Shown here piece by piece: positions 27,580-36,592 of a stretch of DNA of 64,000 bases. This DNA is from Candidatus Marinacidobacterium sp. (GTDB lineage Bacteria > Acidobacteriota > Vicinamibacteria > Marinacidobacterales > Marinacidobacteraceae): NCBI GenBank assembly GCA_965243415.1, contig OZ251549.1:626239-690238 (forward strand), read 5' to 3'. A program made the position numbers and the translations under genes. Below the pieces are notes generated by a model. It worked only from the letters and a program-made list of their open reading frames with translations. It was not told where the DNA came from and searched no databases. Every line of letters begins with the position of its first letter. Positions within the stretch are counted from its first letter, which is position 1.

Positions 27580-28425
27580 ATGACTGCCACGCCCAAGATC
27601 TGGCTGAAGGACATCTGGCCGATCGTCAATCCCCGCGACTACAAGGTCCACTTCGCGACTCCGTTCTTCGACAAGGTCACGAAGACACTCAAGCATCCAC
27701 TGGATGCGTGGGTGCGCGATCCCGACGAATGGCTGGGTTGGCAGGTGGGCCGCGGGAAAAAGAACGTGTTCGACAAGCCTTACATCTTCTCGTTGATGGA
27801 CTTCCCTCGCGAGAACGATATCTGGCTTTTCGGTGGCATCTTTCGCGTCCTCGCTACCCACAAGGATCATTACGAGGTCGAACTTGCGGACGATGGCGCC
27901 CACTTCGTGGGCCGGCTGAAATTGAGGTACTACCACGGGACCCGGGGCGGGAAAAGGGGCGGTCTGTTCGAGAAGCACTACGACTCCATCGAAGTCGCCG
28001 AAATCCTTCCGGAGCCCTTTTCGGGCCGGCGATTCCAAGGTCACCACAAGATCGATCTCTCTTTCGTGGAACTCGAGGATCTCGTGAGTCGAGACCGCCC
28101 GGAGTGGAAGGCTGCGCTCTCCGTAAACGGCGTGTACCTGATCACCGACACCAAGACCGGCAAACGCTATGTCGGTTCCGCCTACGGCAGTGAGGGCATC
28201 TGGGGCCGGTGGGCGAATTACGCCGGCTCCGGTCACGGCGGAAACAAACAACTTCGGCAGATCGTGGGAAGTGATCGGGCCTATCCGCGGGCCAACTTCA
28301 GGTTCACGCTGCTGGAATTCTTCCGCTTCGGTACGTTCGATCGGGAGGACGCGCGGGAGCGCGAGGGGCACTGGAAGGAGGTCCTGCTGACGCGCAACCA
28401 AAAGTTCGGCCTCAACAGCAACTGA
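27580..28425 (+). CDS. GIY-YIG nuclease-domain protein with unrecognised ~185-aa N-terminal domain
   Basis: C-terminal GVYLITDTKTGKRYVGSAYG..RW..Y..GHGGN..E..W motif set (GIY-YIG). GAGGAGGG RBS. Markedly lower G+C than the flanks. Confidence 0.75.
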   Translation: MTATPKIWLKDIWPIVNPRDYKVHFATPFFDKVTKTLKHPLDAWVRDPDEWLGWQVGRGKKNVFDKPYIFSLMDFPRENDIWLFGGIFRVLATHKDHYEVELADDGAHFVGRLKLRYYHGTRGGKRGGLFEKHYDSIEVAEILPEPFSGRRFQGHHKIDLSFVELEDLVSRDRPEWKAALSVNGVYLITDTKTGKRYVGSAYGSEGIWGRWANYAGSGHGGNKQLRQIVGSDRAYPRANFRFTLLEFFRFGTFDREDAREREGHWKEVLLTRNQKFGLNSN

Positions 28426-28720
28426 CTTCGCGCCCCGGCGGCGCGAGGGCGGGACGGTCCGGGAGGCCAGGCGTCTTGCCAGATGGGACGCCCGGGGTCG
28501 GCGTGCTTGCCTCGTCGAAAGCAAGTGGCGCGTCAACGGGGCATTCGTCGAACAGCTGGGGCCGGGGTTTGCCGAAAGGGGTTTCGACACTCCGTTCGCG
28601 GTACAGGAAGACCGCCGAGGCTTCGGCCCGTCTGGAAATGATGCAGATCGGTTGTACGCTGAATGGCCGCGTGGCCGCTCCTCGCCGCCCGCGATGAGTG
28701 CGGAGCCTTAGAAACTGAAG

Positions 28721-30127
28721 ATGCCGTCAGGGTCTGATCTCTCCGCCGAAGTGGCAGTCGTGGGGGCGGGGCCGGGGGGGGCGCTTTGTGCGCGGCAACT
28801 GGCGCGGTTCGGGTTGCGGGTGGTGCTCGTCCATCGGGCGCGGAGGCGGCAGCATCTCGGGGAGAGCCTCGGCGCCTCCGCTCCGCGGTTGCTGGGGTCG
28901 TACGGGCTGGAACTGCCGGGTTCGGTCTTCTCGCCGCGTCCGGACGACCACTTCGTCCGCTGGGGCCGGAGGGAGGAGCGGATCGCCGCGCAGCCGGACG
29001 CGGACGCCGGCGCGCGGGAAGGGCAACGGCTCGTCTGGCGCGACCGGCTGGACGCCTGGGCGCTGGACGAGGCTCGGCGCGCGGGGGTCGTCGTGGTCGA
29101 AGGGTCGGCGGCGGCCGAGTCCGGCGGCGGGATCGAGGTCCGGCAGGGCGGCGGGCGGACGGTGCGGGTGGACGCCCTAGCCCTCGTGGACGCGAGCGGG
29201 CGGAGCGGCGTGCTGACGCGGGCGCGGCGGGAGCGGCCGGGCCATCGCACCACGGCGATGACGGCGCATTTTCCCGGCGGGCCCGAGCCGGGAACCCTCG
29301 TCGCGGCGTTCGCGGACGGGTGGATGTGGAGCGCGCCGCTCCCGGACGGGCAGCGGGATGTGACCGTTCTCGCGGATGCCGAGGACGCCGCGGGGCGTGC
29401 GGCGGGCGTCTTCCGGGAAGCGGTCTCGGCGGTCGGGCTCGAGGGCTTCGTCGCCGGCGAAGCGACGACCCCCGTCCGCGCCGCCGACGCCACGCCGTAT
29501 GTGCTGGACTGGCCGGGTCACACCCCGGCGACGACCGGCGCCAGCAAGCCCCGGGTCCTGCTGCCGGTCGGGGATGCGATGAGCGCCCTCGACCCGCTCA
29601 CCGGGCTGGGCGTCATGAAGGCGATGGACTCCGGCCTGACCGGCGCGGTCGCGCTGCGGACCGCGCTGCAGCGGCCCGAGTGCGCCGACCTCGCACTGCG
29701 GTTCCATGCCGAGAAAGAACGGGGGCTCGCTGTCGAGAGCGCCGCCCGGATCGCCGGGTTCTACGCCGAGGAGCGCCGTTTCGCCGACCGTCCCTTCTGG
29801 CGGCGGCGTTCGGGGCCCCCGCCGGCGCCGCCGGCTGCGGTTCCGGCCCCGGAGGCGCGGCTCTACCCGGCTCCGGGCGCCCGGGTCGAAACGCGGGGCG
29901 TCCTGGAAGGGGACTGGATCGTTCCGGCGGAAGTGCTCGTTCGCCCGGGCCGCCCCCGGCCGGCGTACCGGCTGGGCGGGACGAACTTGGTGGAGTTGTT
30001 CCGGCAGGCCGGGAGCGGGGTCACGGCGTCGCAGTTGGCAGGGGATCGTCCCGAAGCCGGCGCCGCCGCGCTCTGGCTCGTTCGGGAAGGTTTCCTCACC
30101 GCCGGCCGCGGAACCGCGACGGACTGA
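28721..30127 (+). CDS. FAD-dependent monooxygenase/halogenase-like oxidoreductase (possible QhpG-like)
   Basis: VAVVGAGPGGALCA Rossmann GxGxxG motif; LPVGDAMSALDPLTGLGVMKA (GD..DP..G FAD motif). Confidence 0.7.
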   Translation: MPSGSDLSAEVAVVGAGPGGALCARQLARFGLRVVLVHRARRRQHLGESLGASAPRLLGSYGLELPGSVFSPRPDDHFVRWGRREERIAAQPDADAGAREGQRLVWRDRLDAWALDEARRAGVVVVEGSAAAESGGGIEVRQGGGRTVRVDALALVDASGRSGVLTRARRERPGHRTTAMTAHFPGGPEPGTLVAAFADGWMWSAPLPDGQRDVTVLADAEDAAGRAAGVFREAVSAVGLEGFVAGEATTPVRAADATPYVLDWPGHTPATTGASKPRVLLPVGDAMSALDPLTGLGVMKAMDSGLTGAVALRTALQRPECADLALRFHAEKERGLAVESAARIAGFYAEERRFADRPFWRRRSGPPPAPPAAVPAPEARLYPAPGARVETRGVLEGDWIVPAEVLVRPGRPRPAYRLGGTNLVELFRQAGSGVTASQLAGDRPEAGAAALWLVREGFLTAGRGTATD

Positions 30128-30151
30128 CCCGACGGCCTGGCCGCCCCGGGA

Positions 30152-31375
30152 TCAGGCCGAGCAGCCGCGGGCGGCGATGGACCAGACCGCCTCGACCATG
30201 CCGTTCCGCACCGCGTACAGGTGGTCGTAGAGATTCACCACCGGGTCACAGTGGGAAACGATGAGTTCCAGCCGGTCGCCCACGCGGTAGGTGCGGCTCG
30301 GGTCCTCGTACCGGAGCGTGCCGAACTCGTCGGAACCGGAGGTGTAGGACATCCCGGTTTCGCCCTTCACCAGCGCCCAGGGCTTGTTGATGGTGCAGGC
30401 CTTCGCCCCGGCGTCGGTGGTGGCGCGTCCCTCGTACTGCGCGTTCAGCACCGTGGCCAGGATCGTCAGCGACGGTTGGAAGTCCGTATAGACCTCCGGG
30501 TCGGACTCGCCGCCGATGGCCAGGTACTGCGCGTCCATGAAGACATAACTCCCGGCCTGCACATCGGTGAAACCGGGCGTCCGGTGGTCGATGTTGTAGG
30601 TGCCGGTGCCCCCGCCGCTGAAGATGCCGGTGTCGAGCCCCGAGGCCTGCATCCGTTCGCAGGTGTCGGCGGCCGCCGCCAGCCGTTCCAGCGTCTGGTC
30701 GCGGCGCTTCTCGAACCCGTGGACATGCTGCGAGCCCCCGTCGTAGCAGAGCAGGCCGCGCAGGGTCAGGCCGGGCAGGCGATCCACCAGCCGGGCCAGT
30801 CCGAGCGCCGGCTCGCCGGGGGTGATCCCGGTGCGGTGGCCGCCGGGGTCCACATCCACGACCACCGGGGCTTCCACGCCGGCGGCCGCCGCGGCTTCGG
30901 AGAGATGCCTGGCGTTCTCCTCGGTGTCCGTGGCCTGGATGAAGGCCGGGTTCCGCCGGGCGAGGCCCATGGCGCGGCGGATCTTGTAGGGCGTGACATT
31001 GCTGGTGGTCATCAGCAACGGCTCGATCCCGTGGTCGAAGAGCGCCTGCGCCTCGCTGACCTTCGCCACCGAGATGCCGACCGCCCCGGCGTCGAGCTGC
31101 ATCCGGGCGATGGCGGGGGTCTTGTGGGTCTTCGCGTGCGGGCGCACGGCGATGCCGTTGGCGGCGACCGTCCGCTGCATGATGGCGAGGTTCCCCTCCA
31201 GGGCGTCGAGGTCCACGAGGAGCGCCGGAGTGTCGAGGTCGGCGACGGGCCTCCCGTACTCGGCGGCCTCCGGGCCTTCGGCAGCGGGGCGGGGGCGGGC
31301 GACGGCGTTCGGGCCCAGGGCGGCGGCGCCGGCGGCGCCCAGGAAAACACGGCGGGACATCGAGTTCTCGGTCAT
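30152..31375 (-). CDS. DSD1-family PLP enzyme (D-serine dehydratase / D-threonine aldolase-like), Tat-exported
   Basis: Twin-arginine SRRVFLGAAGAAAL; alanine-racemase-N fold with HAKTHKT (PLP lysine); C-terminal D-Ser dehydratase-like domain. Confidence 0.8.
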   Translation of the reverse strand: MTENSMSRRVFLGAAGAAALGPNAVARPRPAAEGPEAAEYGRPVADLDTPALLVDLDALEGNLAIMQRTVAANGIAVRPHAKTHKTPAIARMQLDAGAVGISVAKVSEAQALFDHGIEPLLMTTSNVTPYKIRRAMGLARRNPAFIQATDTEENARHLSEAAAAAGVEAPVVVDVDPGGHRTGITPGEPALGLARLVDRLPGLTLRGLLCYDGGSQHVHGFEKRRDQTLERLAAAADTCERMQASGLDTGIFSGGGTGTYNIDHRTPGFTDVQAGSYVFMDAQYLAIGGESDPEVYTDFQPSLTILATVLNAQYEGRATTDAGAKACTINKPWALVKGETGMSYTSGSDEFGTLRYEDPSRTYRVGDRLELIVSHCDPVVNLYDHLYAVRNGMVEAVWSIAARGCSA

Positions 31376-31592
31376 GCGGAGTTTGTATCAGACCCGCGGC
31401 GGCGGCCGCCACGGCGTCGCAGTGGAGCGGCCGCGGGCGGGCCGCGCCGCGCCATCGGCGCCTCCCTTTCGGAACGCTGCGTCGGTCTCCGCGAGCGGCC
31501 CCGGCTGCGTAGAATGCCGGCCGTGCCGTCCGCAACTCCACCGGGGAACAGGTGACGCGCCACCGGCCGTTGACCCGTTCGCGTCCATCCCG

Positions 31593-33059
31593 ATGAGTTA
31601 TCTCGAGTTCCCCTGCCGGGTATTGGTCGAAGGTCTTGAGCGCCGCGTCCCGCACCACGACCTGACGCCGATGCCCCCGATGAGGGATTGGCGGCTGGCG
31701 GATCTCGGCGACGACCTGCTCATCGAGGGCGACCGGTTGGCCGCGATGAAGGCGCTCCTCCCCACGCACGCCGGAAAGGCGCAGTGCATCGTTCTGACGC
31801 CGCCGCGCACCACCGGGAAGCAGGGCTGGATCTATCCCGATCTCGTGGACGCGCCCCGGATCGCCGACTGGGGCGGACAGACCGTGACCCGCGACGACCC
31901 GGACCGCCACGACAAGTGGTGCTGCATGATGTTGCCGCGTCTCCGCGGCTCGCAGGAACTCCTGGCCGACGACGGCGCCGTTCTGGTTTCGATCGGCGAG
32001 AACGACCTGCACCTCCTGCGTCTGCTCATGGACGAAGTGTTCGGAGCGCACAATTTCGTCGCCACCGTTCCCCGGACGAAGCCCCCGAGCGATTCGGGCA
32101 GCCTCGGACACCTGTCGAAACGGCATGAATTCATCGTCGTCTATGCGGGAGACAAGCCCCGTTTCCGGCGCGCGTGCCGCCGCCGGGCCGCGGTCGGTTC
32201 CGACGGGTTTCGAGCCGGGGCGGCCTCGCCGGGTTCGAGGGGAGCCGCGCAGTCCCGCAGACCGCCGGGACACGCGGGACCCGCCGAGGACCTTCTCGCC
32301 GATTTCTTCTCGACGCACCGGTCGCGTTTCCCGGCGCGCCGGATTCCCCGGGTGCCGATCGACCTCCTGCATCTCTGTGCCGGGGACGACGGCCTCGTGG
32401 TCGATGTCTTCGCCGGCACGGCGGCGACCGGCCGGGCCGTGCTCCGCCTCAACGGACAGGACGGAGGCCGTCGCCGTTTCGTGCTGCTGCTCGGGCCCGG
32501 AAGCCGGGCGAACGGCCGCTCGACGGAGGCGGCGCAACCCGGAAACGGAGAAGTTCCCGATGGCGAACCGGCGGAGCGACCCTTCGGGCATTACCGGGCC
32601 GAGAGATCGCCGCTCCTCGACGCCATCGCGTCCGCATCGCGGCCTCCGACCTACGAGGATTTGGCGGACTACCTGTTCTTCACTGCCACCGGCCAGCCGG
32701 TCGATCGCAGCCGTATCCGCCCCGACCGCTGGTTCGTCGGCAGCGCCACGGAGCGCGACATCTACCTCATCTATTCCGACGACGGGCGCGAACTCGAAAG
32801 ACCCGGGCTGGACGCCCGCACCGCCCGCAAACTGCCTCGCACGAAGCGGCGCGGGATCGTCTTCGCGCCGTGGCAGTTGTGCGACGGGGAACTCCTCCGC
32901 CGGCTCCGGATCACCTACCGGCAGATCCCGATGGAAGTGCGTCGCCTGGCGTCGCCGCTCCGGGAAGGCCGCCCGAAAGACTCGCCGCTGGCCGACCTCC
33001 CCCATCTCCGCGAGACGCATCTCCCGCCCCCGCCCTGGCGGCCGGCCGTAACGGCCTGA
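31593..33059 (+). CDS. Type III Mod-like methyltransferase homolog with degenerate catalytic and SAM-binding motifs (inactive paralog or decaying pseudogene)
   Basis: Collinear with Mod proteins: IEGDRLAAMKALLP, DKWCCMMLPRL, VLVSIGENDLHLLRLLMDEVFG, RHEFIVVY, DGGRRRFVLL, and a C-terminal YRQIPMEV. However, DPPY is replaced by TPPR (31797-31808) and FAGSGTT by FAGTAAT (32409-32429). The central region is short and Arg-rich. Confidence 0.6.
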   Translation: MSYLEFPCRVLVEGLERRVPHHDLTPMPPMRDWRLADLGDDLLIEGDRLAAMKALLPTHAGKAQCIVLTPPRTTGKQGWIYPDLVDAPRIADWGGQTVTRDDPDRHDKWCCMMLPRLRGSQELLADDGAVLVSIGENDLHLLRLLMDEVFGAHNFVATVPRTKPPSDSGSLGHLSKRHEFIVVYAGDKPRFRRACRRRAAVGSDGFRAGAASPGSRGAAQSRRPPGHAGPAEDLLADFFSTHRSRFPARRIPRVPIDLLHLCAGDDGLVVDVFAGTAATGRAVLRLNGQDGGRRRFVLLLGPGSRANGRSTEAAQPGNGEVPDGEPAERPFGHYRAERSPLLDAIASASRPPTYEDLADYLFFTATGQPVDRSRIRPDRWFVGSATERDIYLIYSDDGRELERPGLDARTARKLPRTKRRGIVFAPWQLCDGELLRRLRITYRQIPMEVRRLASPLREGRPKDSPLADLPHLRETHLPPPPWRPAVTA

Positions 33060-33144
33060 TCGGCCCGGCCGCCCTTACCGGTGCGCCGGCGGCGCGTCCG
33101 GGAGACGCGAACCGCCGGCCCGCGCGTTTCGTCGCTTCGCCCCG

Positions 33145-34617
33145 TTACCGCGACCGCGGTTCGCCTGCCAGGGCCGCAAGCGCCCGGTGCAGTTCGACCA
33201 TGGCCAGGGTGTCGCGTTCGCAGTACTTCCGCAGATCCGCGAAGACGCGGCGGCGGGCGCTCTCGTCGCCGTGCTGGATGACCTCTCCGTAGGTCGCCGC
33301 GGCGGTCAGGCCGTCGGATACCTCCAGATCGTCGTAGCCGGAGTTGGGGACCAGAGCCGGCAGCGTTCGCTTCAACGAGAACGAACCACGGAACGCGGCG
33401 TGGTAGACCGTGTCCTTCACGACGGGATGCAGGTCGTAGAGCCGGTTCAGGACGGCGGCGAGAGCGTCGGCGTGCTGCGGCTGGCTCCGGGCCAGGTCGT
33501 TCAGGATTCCCCGCTCGTACGGCGAATACACGCAGATGGGGCCGGAATCGCCCAGCGCCGCGAGCAGGCGCTGCGTCAACTCGGGTCTGGGGTCGTCCTT
33601 CCCTTCGTGGAGGTAGTCCTCGTGGCGAGGCGCCGCCCCCGGCTCCTCGGTATGGACGGAGAAGAGGAAGGGCAGCACCTCGAACGGCGCCGTGCCGGCG
33701 AGACGCGGGATCGGCGGCATGTAGGTCTCGAAGTCCAGGTGGCGCACCGGCGGTTGGAGTTCGCCCAGCCGGCGCCCGAGATCGCCGTGGACGACGGCGC
33801 GCCCTTCGACGACGGACTGCCGCACCGTCCGCTGCCGGCCGGTCAGGTCGAAATCCGGGGGAATGTCCGCGATCTCTTCGATGCCGAGATCCTCCAGGGC
33901 CGCGCGCTGCTTCCGCGTCAATTTCGGCAGTTCGCCGATGCCGTGCGTCGGGGACGGAATATCTCGCGTGCAGTGGGCGAAGTACGGACAGGGAAACGGA
34001 TTCCGGCAGTGGGCGCCGGGCGCGATCACCGGGGCTTCTTCCGCCGACATCGCCGCCCGCATCGCGCGCACCGCCCCGGCGATCTCGGGCAGGAGTTCCT
34101 CGGCCTCCTCGACGCGCGAGTGGTAGCGGAACAGTTCCCCGGGATCGAGGCGGACGCCGTCGTAGCGGTAACGCCCGTTCAGGACGAGCAGGCCGGCGTC
34201 CCGGACCTCGAAACCGGCCTGGCGCGCCGCCCACAGGTCGAACGCGAGCGCCGAGACATCTCGATCCTTGATCTTCTTGGCGGCTTTCACCCGGACGAGG
34301 CGCCAGCCGCCCTCCGGCAGGCGCTCCAGGACATCGGCTCGGGCGACGATCCCGTCGTGCTCGAAGGCGGCCCCGAAGATCGCCGGGACCCCGGCCGCCG
34401 CGAGGCTCCGAGTCTTCGCCGCCGCCTCCCCGGTTTCGCCTCCGGCCCACTCCCCGCCGGGGAACCGGTCCCGCGCCCGACGACGAACCTCGGCGGCGGT
34501 GACGGCGCTCGGTCTCGCCCGGTCCTCTCCGGTCGCCAATTCCGGGGCGTGGAGGTCGTTCCACAGCCGGAGATGACACTGGCGCCCGGCCTCGTAGCGG
34601 GTTCTCGTGAAGGGCAT
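33145..34617 (-). CDS. DUF2779-family protein (N-terminal Cas4/RecB-like nuclease with Cys cluster plus C-terminal RNase H-like exonuclease fold)
   Basis: MPFTRTRYEAGRQC N-terminus; CRNPFPCPYFAHC cysteine cluster; HLDFET and YCERDTLAMV motifs, typical of DUF2779. Confidence 0.7.
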   Translation of the reverse strand: MPFTRTRYEAGRQCHLRLWNDLHAPELATGEDRARPSAVTAAEVRRRARDRFPGGEWAGGETGEAAAKTRSLAAAGVPAIFGAAFEHDGIVARADVLERLPEGGWRLVRVKAAKKIKDRDVSALAFDLWAARQAGFEVRDAGLLVLNGRYRYDGVRLDPGELFRYHSRVEEAEELLPEIAGAVRAMRAAMSAEEAPVIAPGAHCRNPFPCPYFAHCTRDIPSPTHGIGELPKLTRKQRAALEDLGIEEIADIPPDFDLTGRQRTVRQSVVEGRAVVHGDLGRRLGELQPPVRHLDFETYMPPIPRLAGTAPFEVLPFLFSVHTEEPGAAPRHEDYLHEGKDDPRPELTQRLLAALGDSGPICVYSPYERGILNDLARSQPQHADALAAVLNRLYDLHPVVKDTVYHAAFRGSFSLKRTLPALVPNSGYDDLEVSDGLTAAATYGEVIQHGDESARRRVFADLRKYCERDTLAMVELHRALAALAGEPRSR

Positions 34618-34679
34618 GGAAGACCCGGCGACGCTCACGGAGCGGTCACCGCCGTACCGGGTTCCGAACCGGCCGGGGC

Positions 34680-34955
34680 TTACTCTTCGTCGTTTCCCTC
34701 GGGGTCATACACGACGAGTTCGAGTTCCTCGGCCTTGAATCCGGCGCCAATCGAGTCCAGCAGGGCCCCGGACTCCAAGTCGTCGTAGTCGTCGAACTCC
34801 ACCCCATAAACCCGTTTTCCGTTGTGTTCGTACACCTCGATGATGTGACCCGGACGGCCCCGCAGCCACCCACGATCCGCGTAATTGTCCGTTGCGAGTC
34901 GGATGGGTTCGAATTCCTCGAAGCGAGTCTTGGCCACGGTTCTTTCCTTCGGCAT
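34680..34955 (-). CDS. DUF4926-like small protein (91 aa)
   Basis: ATG at 34955. GRPGHIIEVYEHNGKRVYGVEFDD SH3-like core with an acidic tail. G+C is lower than the flanks (60 of 100 nt in 34741-34840). Confidence 0.5.
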   Translation of the reverse strand: MPKERTVAKTRFEEFEPIRLATDNYADRGWLRGRPGHIIEVYEHNGKRVYGVEFDDYDDLESGALLDSIGAGFKAEELELVVYDPEGNDEE

Positions 34956-35273
34956 TCCAGAATACTGGCCCAACGAGAGTCCCCGGGCAAATTCCGGGGC
35001 ATCGCGTGGCGGGAAGGGAGGCAGGCGGCCGCCCGCCGCCTGGTCGGCGCGGAGGCGCAAGGAGGACCGGGGACCTTAGGGCCGACAGCGCTGTCGGCGG
35101 GAGAGCCCTGCGCCCGCCAGCCCCGGTCCGCGACACCGCTCGGCGTTCCCTCACGGTCGACCTGGATACGGGGACAGGCTCGCCGGCCGGGCCGAAGGGC
35201 CGAGGCTGCCACCGTCGCCGAAGGGCCCGGGAGCCGGAAGGTCGTGCCGCCGATCTCCGGTAATCTCCCATCC

Positions 35274-35798
35274 ATGGAACGACCGATCCGTTACTGCTAC
35301 TGGGTGGTGTCCGGCAAACTGCTCGCCGGGGAGTATCCGCGGGAGATCGACGACGAGGCGTCGGTCCCGAAGGTGCGCGCGCTCACGGACGCCGGAGTCA
35401 CCACCTTCATCGATCTCACCGAGGAGGGCGAGGGCTGGCAGGAGCCGCTCAAGCCCTACGATCACCTCGCAGCGCCGGAGGCGACGCATCGGCGGTTTCC
35501 GATCGTGGACATGTGCACCCCGACTTCACCGGAACGCGTGACGGCTGCCCTGGACGCCATCGACCACACGATCGAAAACGGCGGGATCGCCTATGTCCAC
35601 TGCCTCGGCGGGATCGGTCGAACCGGCACGATCGTCGGTTGCTGGCTCGTCCGCCACGGTCGCTCGGGAGAGGAAGCGCTGCGGCATCTCGCCGAACTCT
35701 GGCGCCACAACCCGAAGTCCCGGCTCTCGTACGCCCGGTTTTCCCCGCAGACGCCTGACCAGTGCGACTATGTGCGCCGCTGGCCCGTCGGCGCGTAG
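35274..35798 (+). CDS. dual-specificity / protein-tyrosine phosphatase-family protein
   Basis: Catalytic P-loop VHCLGGIGRTG (HCxxGxxR). ATG at 35274. Confidence 0.8.
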   Translation: MERPIRYCYWVVSGKLLAGEYPREIDDEASVPKVRALTDAGVTTFIDLTEEGEGWQEPLKPYDHLAAPEATHRRFPIVDMCTPTSPERVTAALDAIDHTIENGGIAYVHCLGGIGRTGTIVGCWLVRHGRSGEEALRHLAELWRHNPKSRLSYARFSPQTPDQCDYVRRWPVGA

Positions 35799-36132
35799 CG
35801 AACGGCGGAAGGCCGGAGAGCGCTGGCCGTCATCCGGCGGCGCCGGCCGCGGGCTTCCCTGCGGCCGGCTTCCCGGACAGCCCGGCATCCGGCCGGCGTC
35901 GCGACCGACAGAACTCGGCGCTCCCCCTGCCGGCGCCCGGTCGCTCCGGGGCGGGCTCGGCGCCGTTCCCGCCGGGGGGCGGGCCTCGGATTCCGCCGCC
36001 CCGGCTCCGGGCCGCCCGTCCCCGCCGGGCTCCGAACGGGCCGTTCCGACGAGAGGCTGACGGCTGCTCCTCCGCCACCGCCGCCCTCCCGACCCCCGGC
36101 GGGTGGTGACCGTTCTTGTCACCCCTGGGTCG

Positions 36133-36138
36133 TATAGT
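36133..36138 (+). promoter_or_regulatory. possible -10 box TATAGT upstream of nfeD (near-leaderless transcript)
   Basis: An AT-rich hexamer, rare in this G+C-rich context, 10 nt upstream of the ATG at 36149. No well-spaced -35 was found. Confidence 0.25.
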
Positions 36139-36148
36139 CTCCGGCGAA

Positions 36149-36592
36149 ATGGCCTGGTGGCAGTGGATCGTCCTCGGCGCGGCCCTTCTGGGCACCGAGA
36201 TGTTCGTCGTGGACACCGGGTTCTACCTGGCGATCCTGGGCGTCGCGGCGCTGCTCGTCGGGGGCGGGGCCGCGGTCGGGCTCCTCGGGCCGCTGTGGCT
36301 GCAGTTGACCATCTTCGGGGTGCTGGCCGTCGGGCTGCTGCTCGGCGTGCGGCGGCACTTCTACCGGCGCATCCACGGGGCGCCCGCCGCCGACCTGGAA
36401 CCGGTGGTCGGGGAGACGGCGACCGTGCGGGAAGCCATCGAACCGGGCGCCACCGGCCGGGCGGAACTGCGCGGCTCCGAGTGGACCGCCCGGAACGCCG
36501 GCCGGGCCGCGCTCCGGCCGGGGGGGCGCGCCCGCGTCCTCGCCGTGCGTGAACTGGTGCTCGAGTTGGGCGCCGAGGAGAACCCTCCGTGA
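36149..36592 (+). CDS. NfeD-family membrane protein
   Basis: N-terminal TM helices, then a C-terminal OB-like domain (GRAELRGSEWTARN). Overlaps the downstream SPFH gene (GTGA). Confidence 0.8.
   Translation: MAWWQWIVLGAALLGTEMFVVDTGFYLAILGVAALLVGGGAAVGLLGPLWLQLTIFGVLAVGLLLGVRRHFYRRIHGAPAADLEPVVGETATVREAIEPGATGRAELRGSEWTARNAGRAALRPGGRARVLAVRELVLELGAEENPP

Noticed and set aside
30246-33020. 924-aa minus-strand ORF, and the 5' extension of the 30993-33059 ORF
   Set aside because: The minus-strand ORF overlaps the DSD1 gene out of frame and is antisense to the Mod-like gene. The 30993 start would run antisense through the DSD1 gene, and the ATG at 31593 begins the Mod-homologous sequence.
36113-36121. 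TTGTCA / TTCTTG as a -35 partner for the TATAGT box upstream of nfeD
   Set aside because: The spacers of 11 and 14 nt are too short for a sigma-70-type promoter. Only the -10-like hexamer is reported, and at low confidence.
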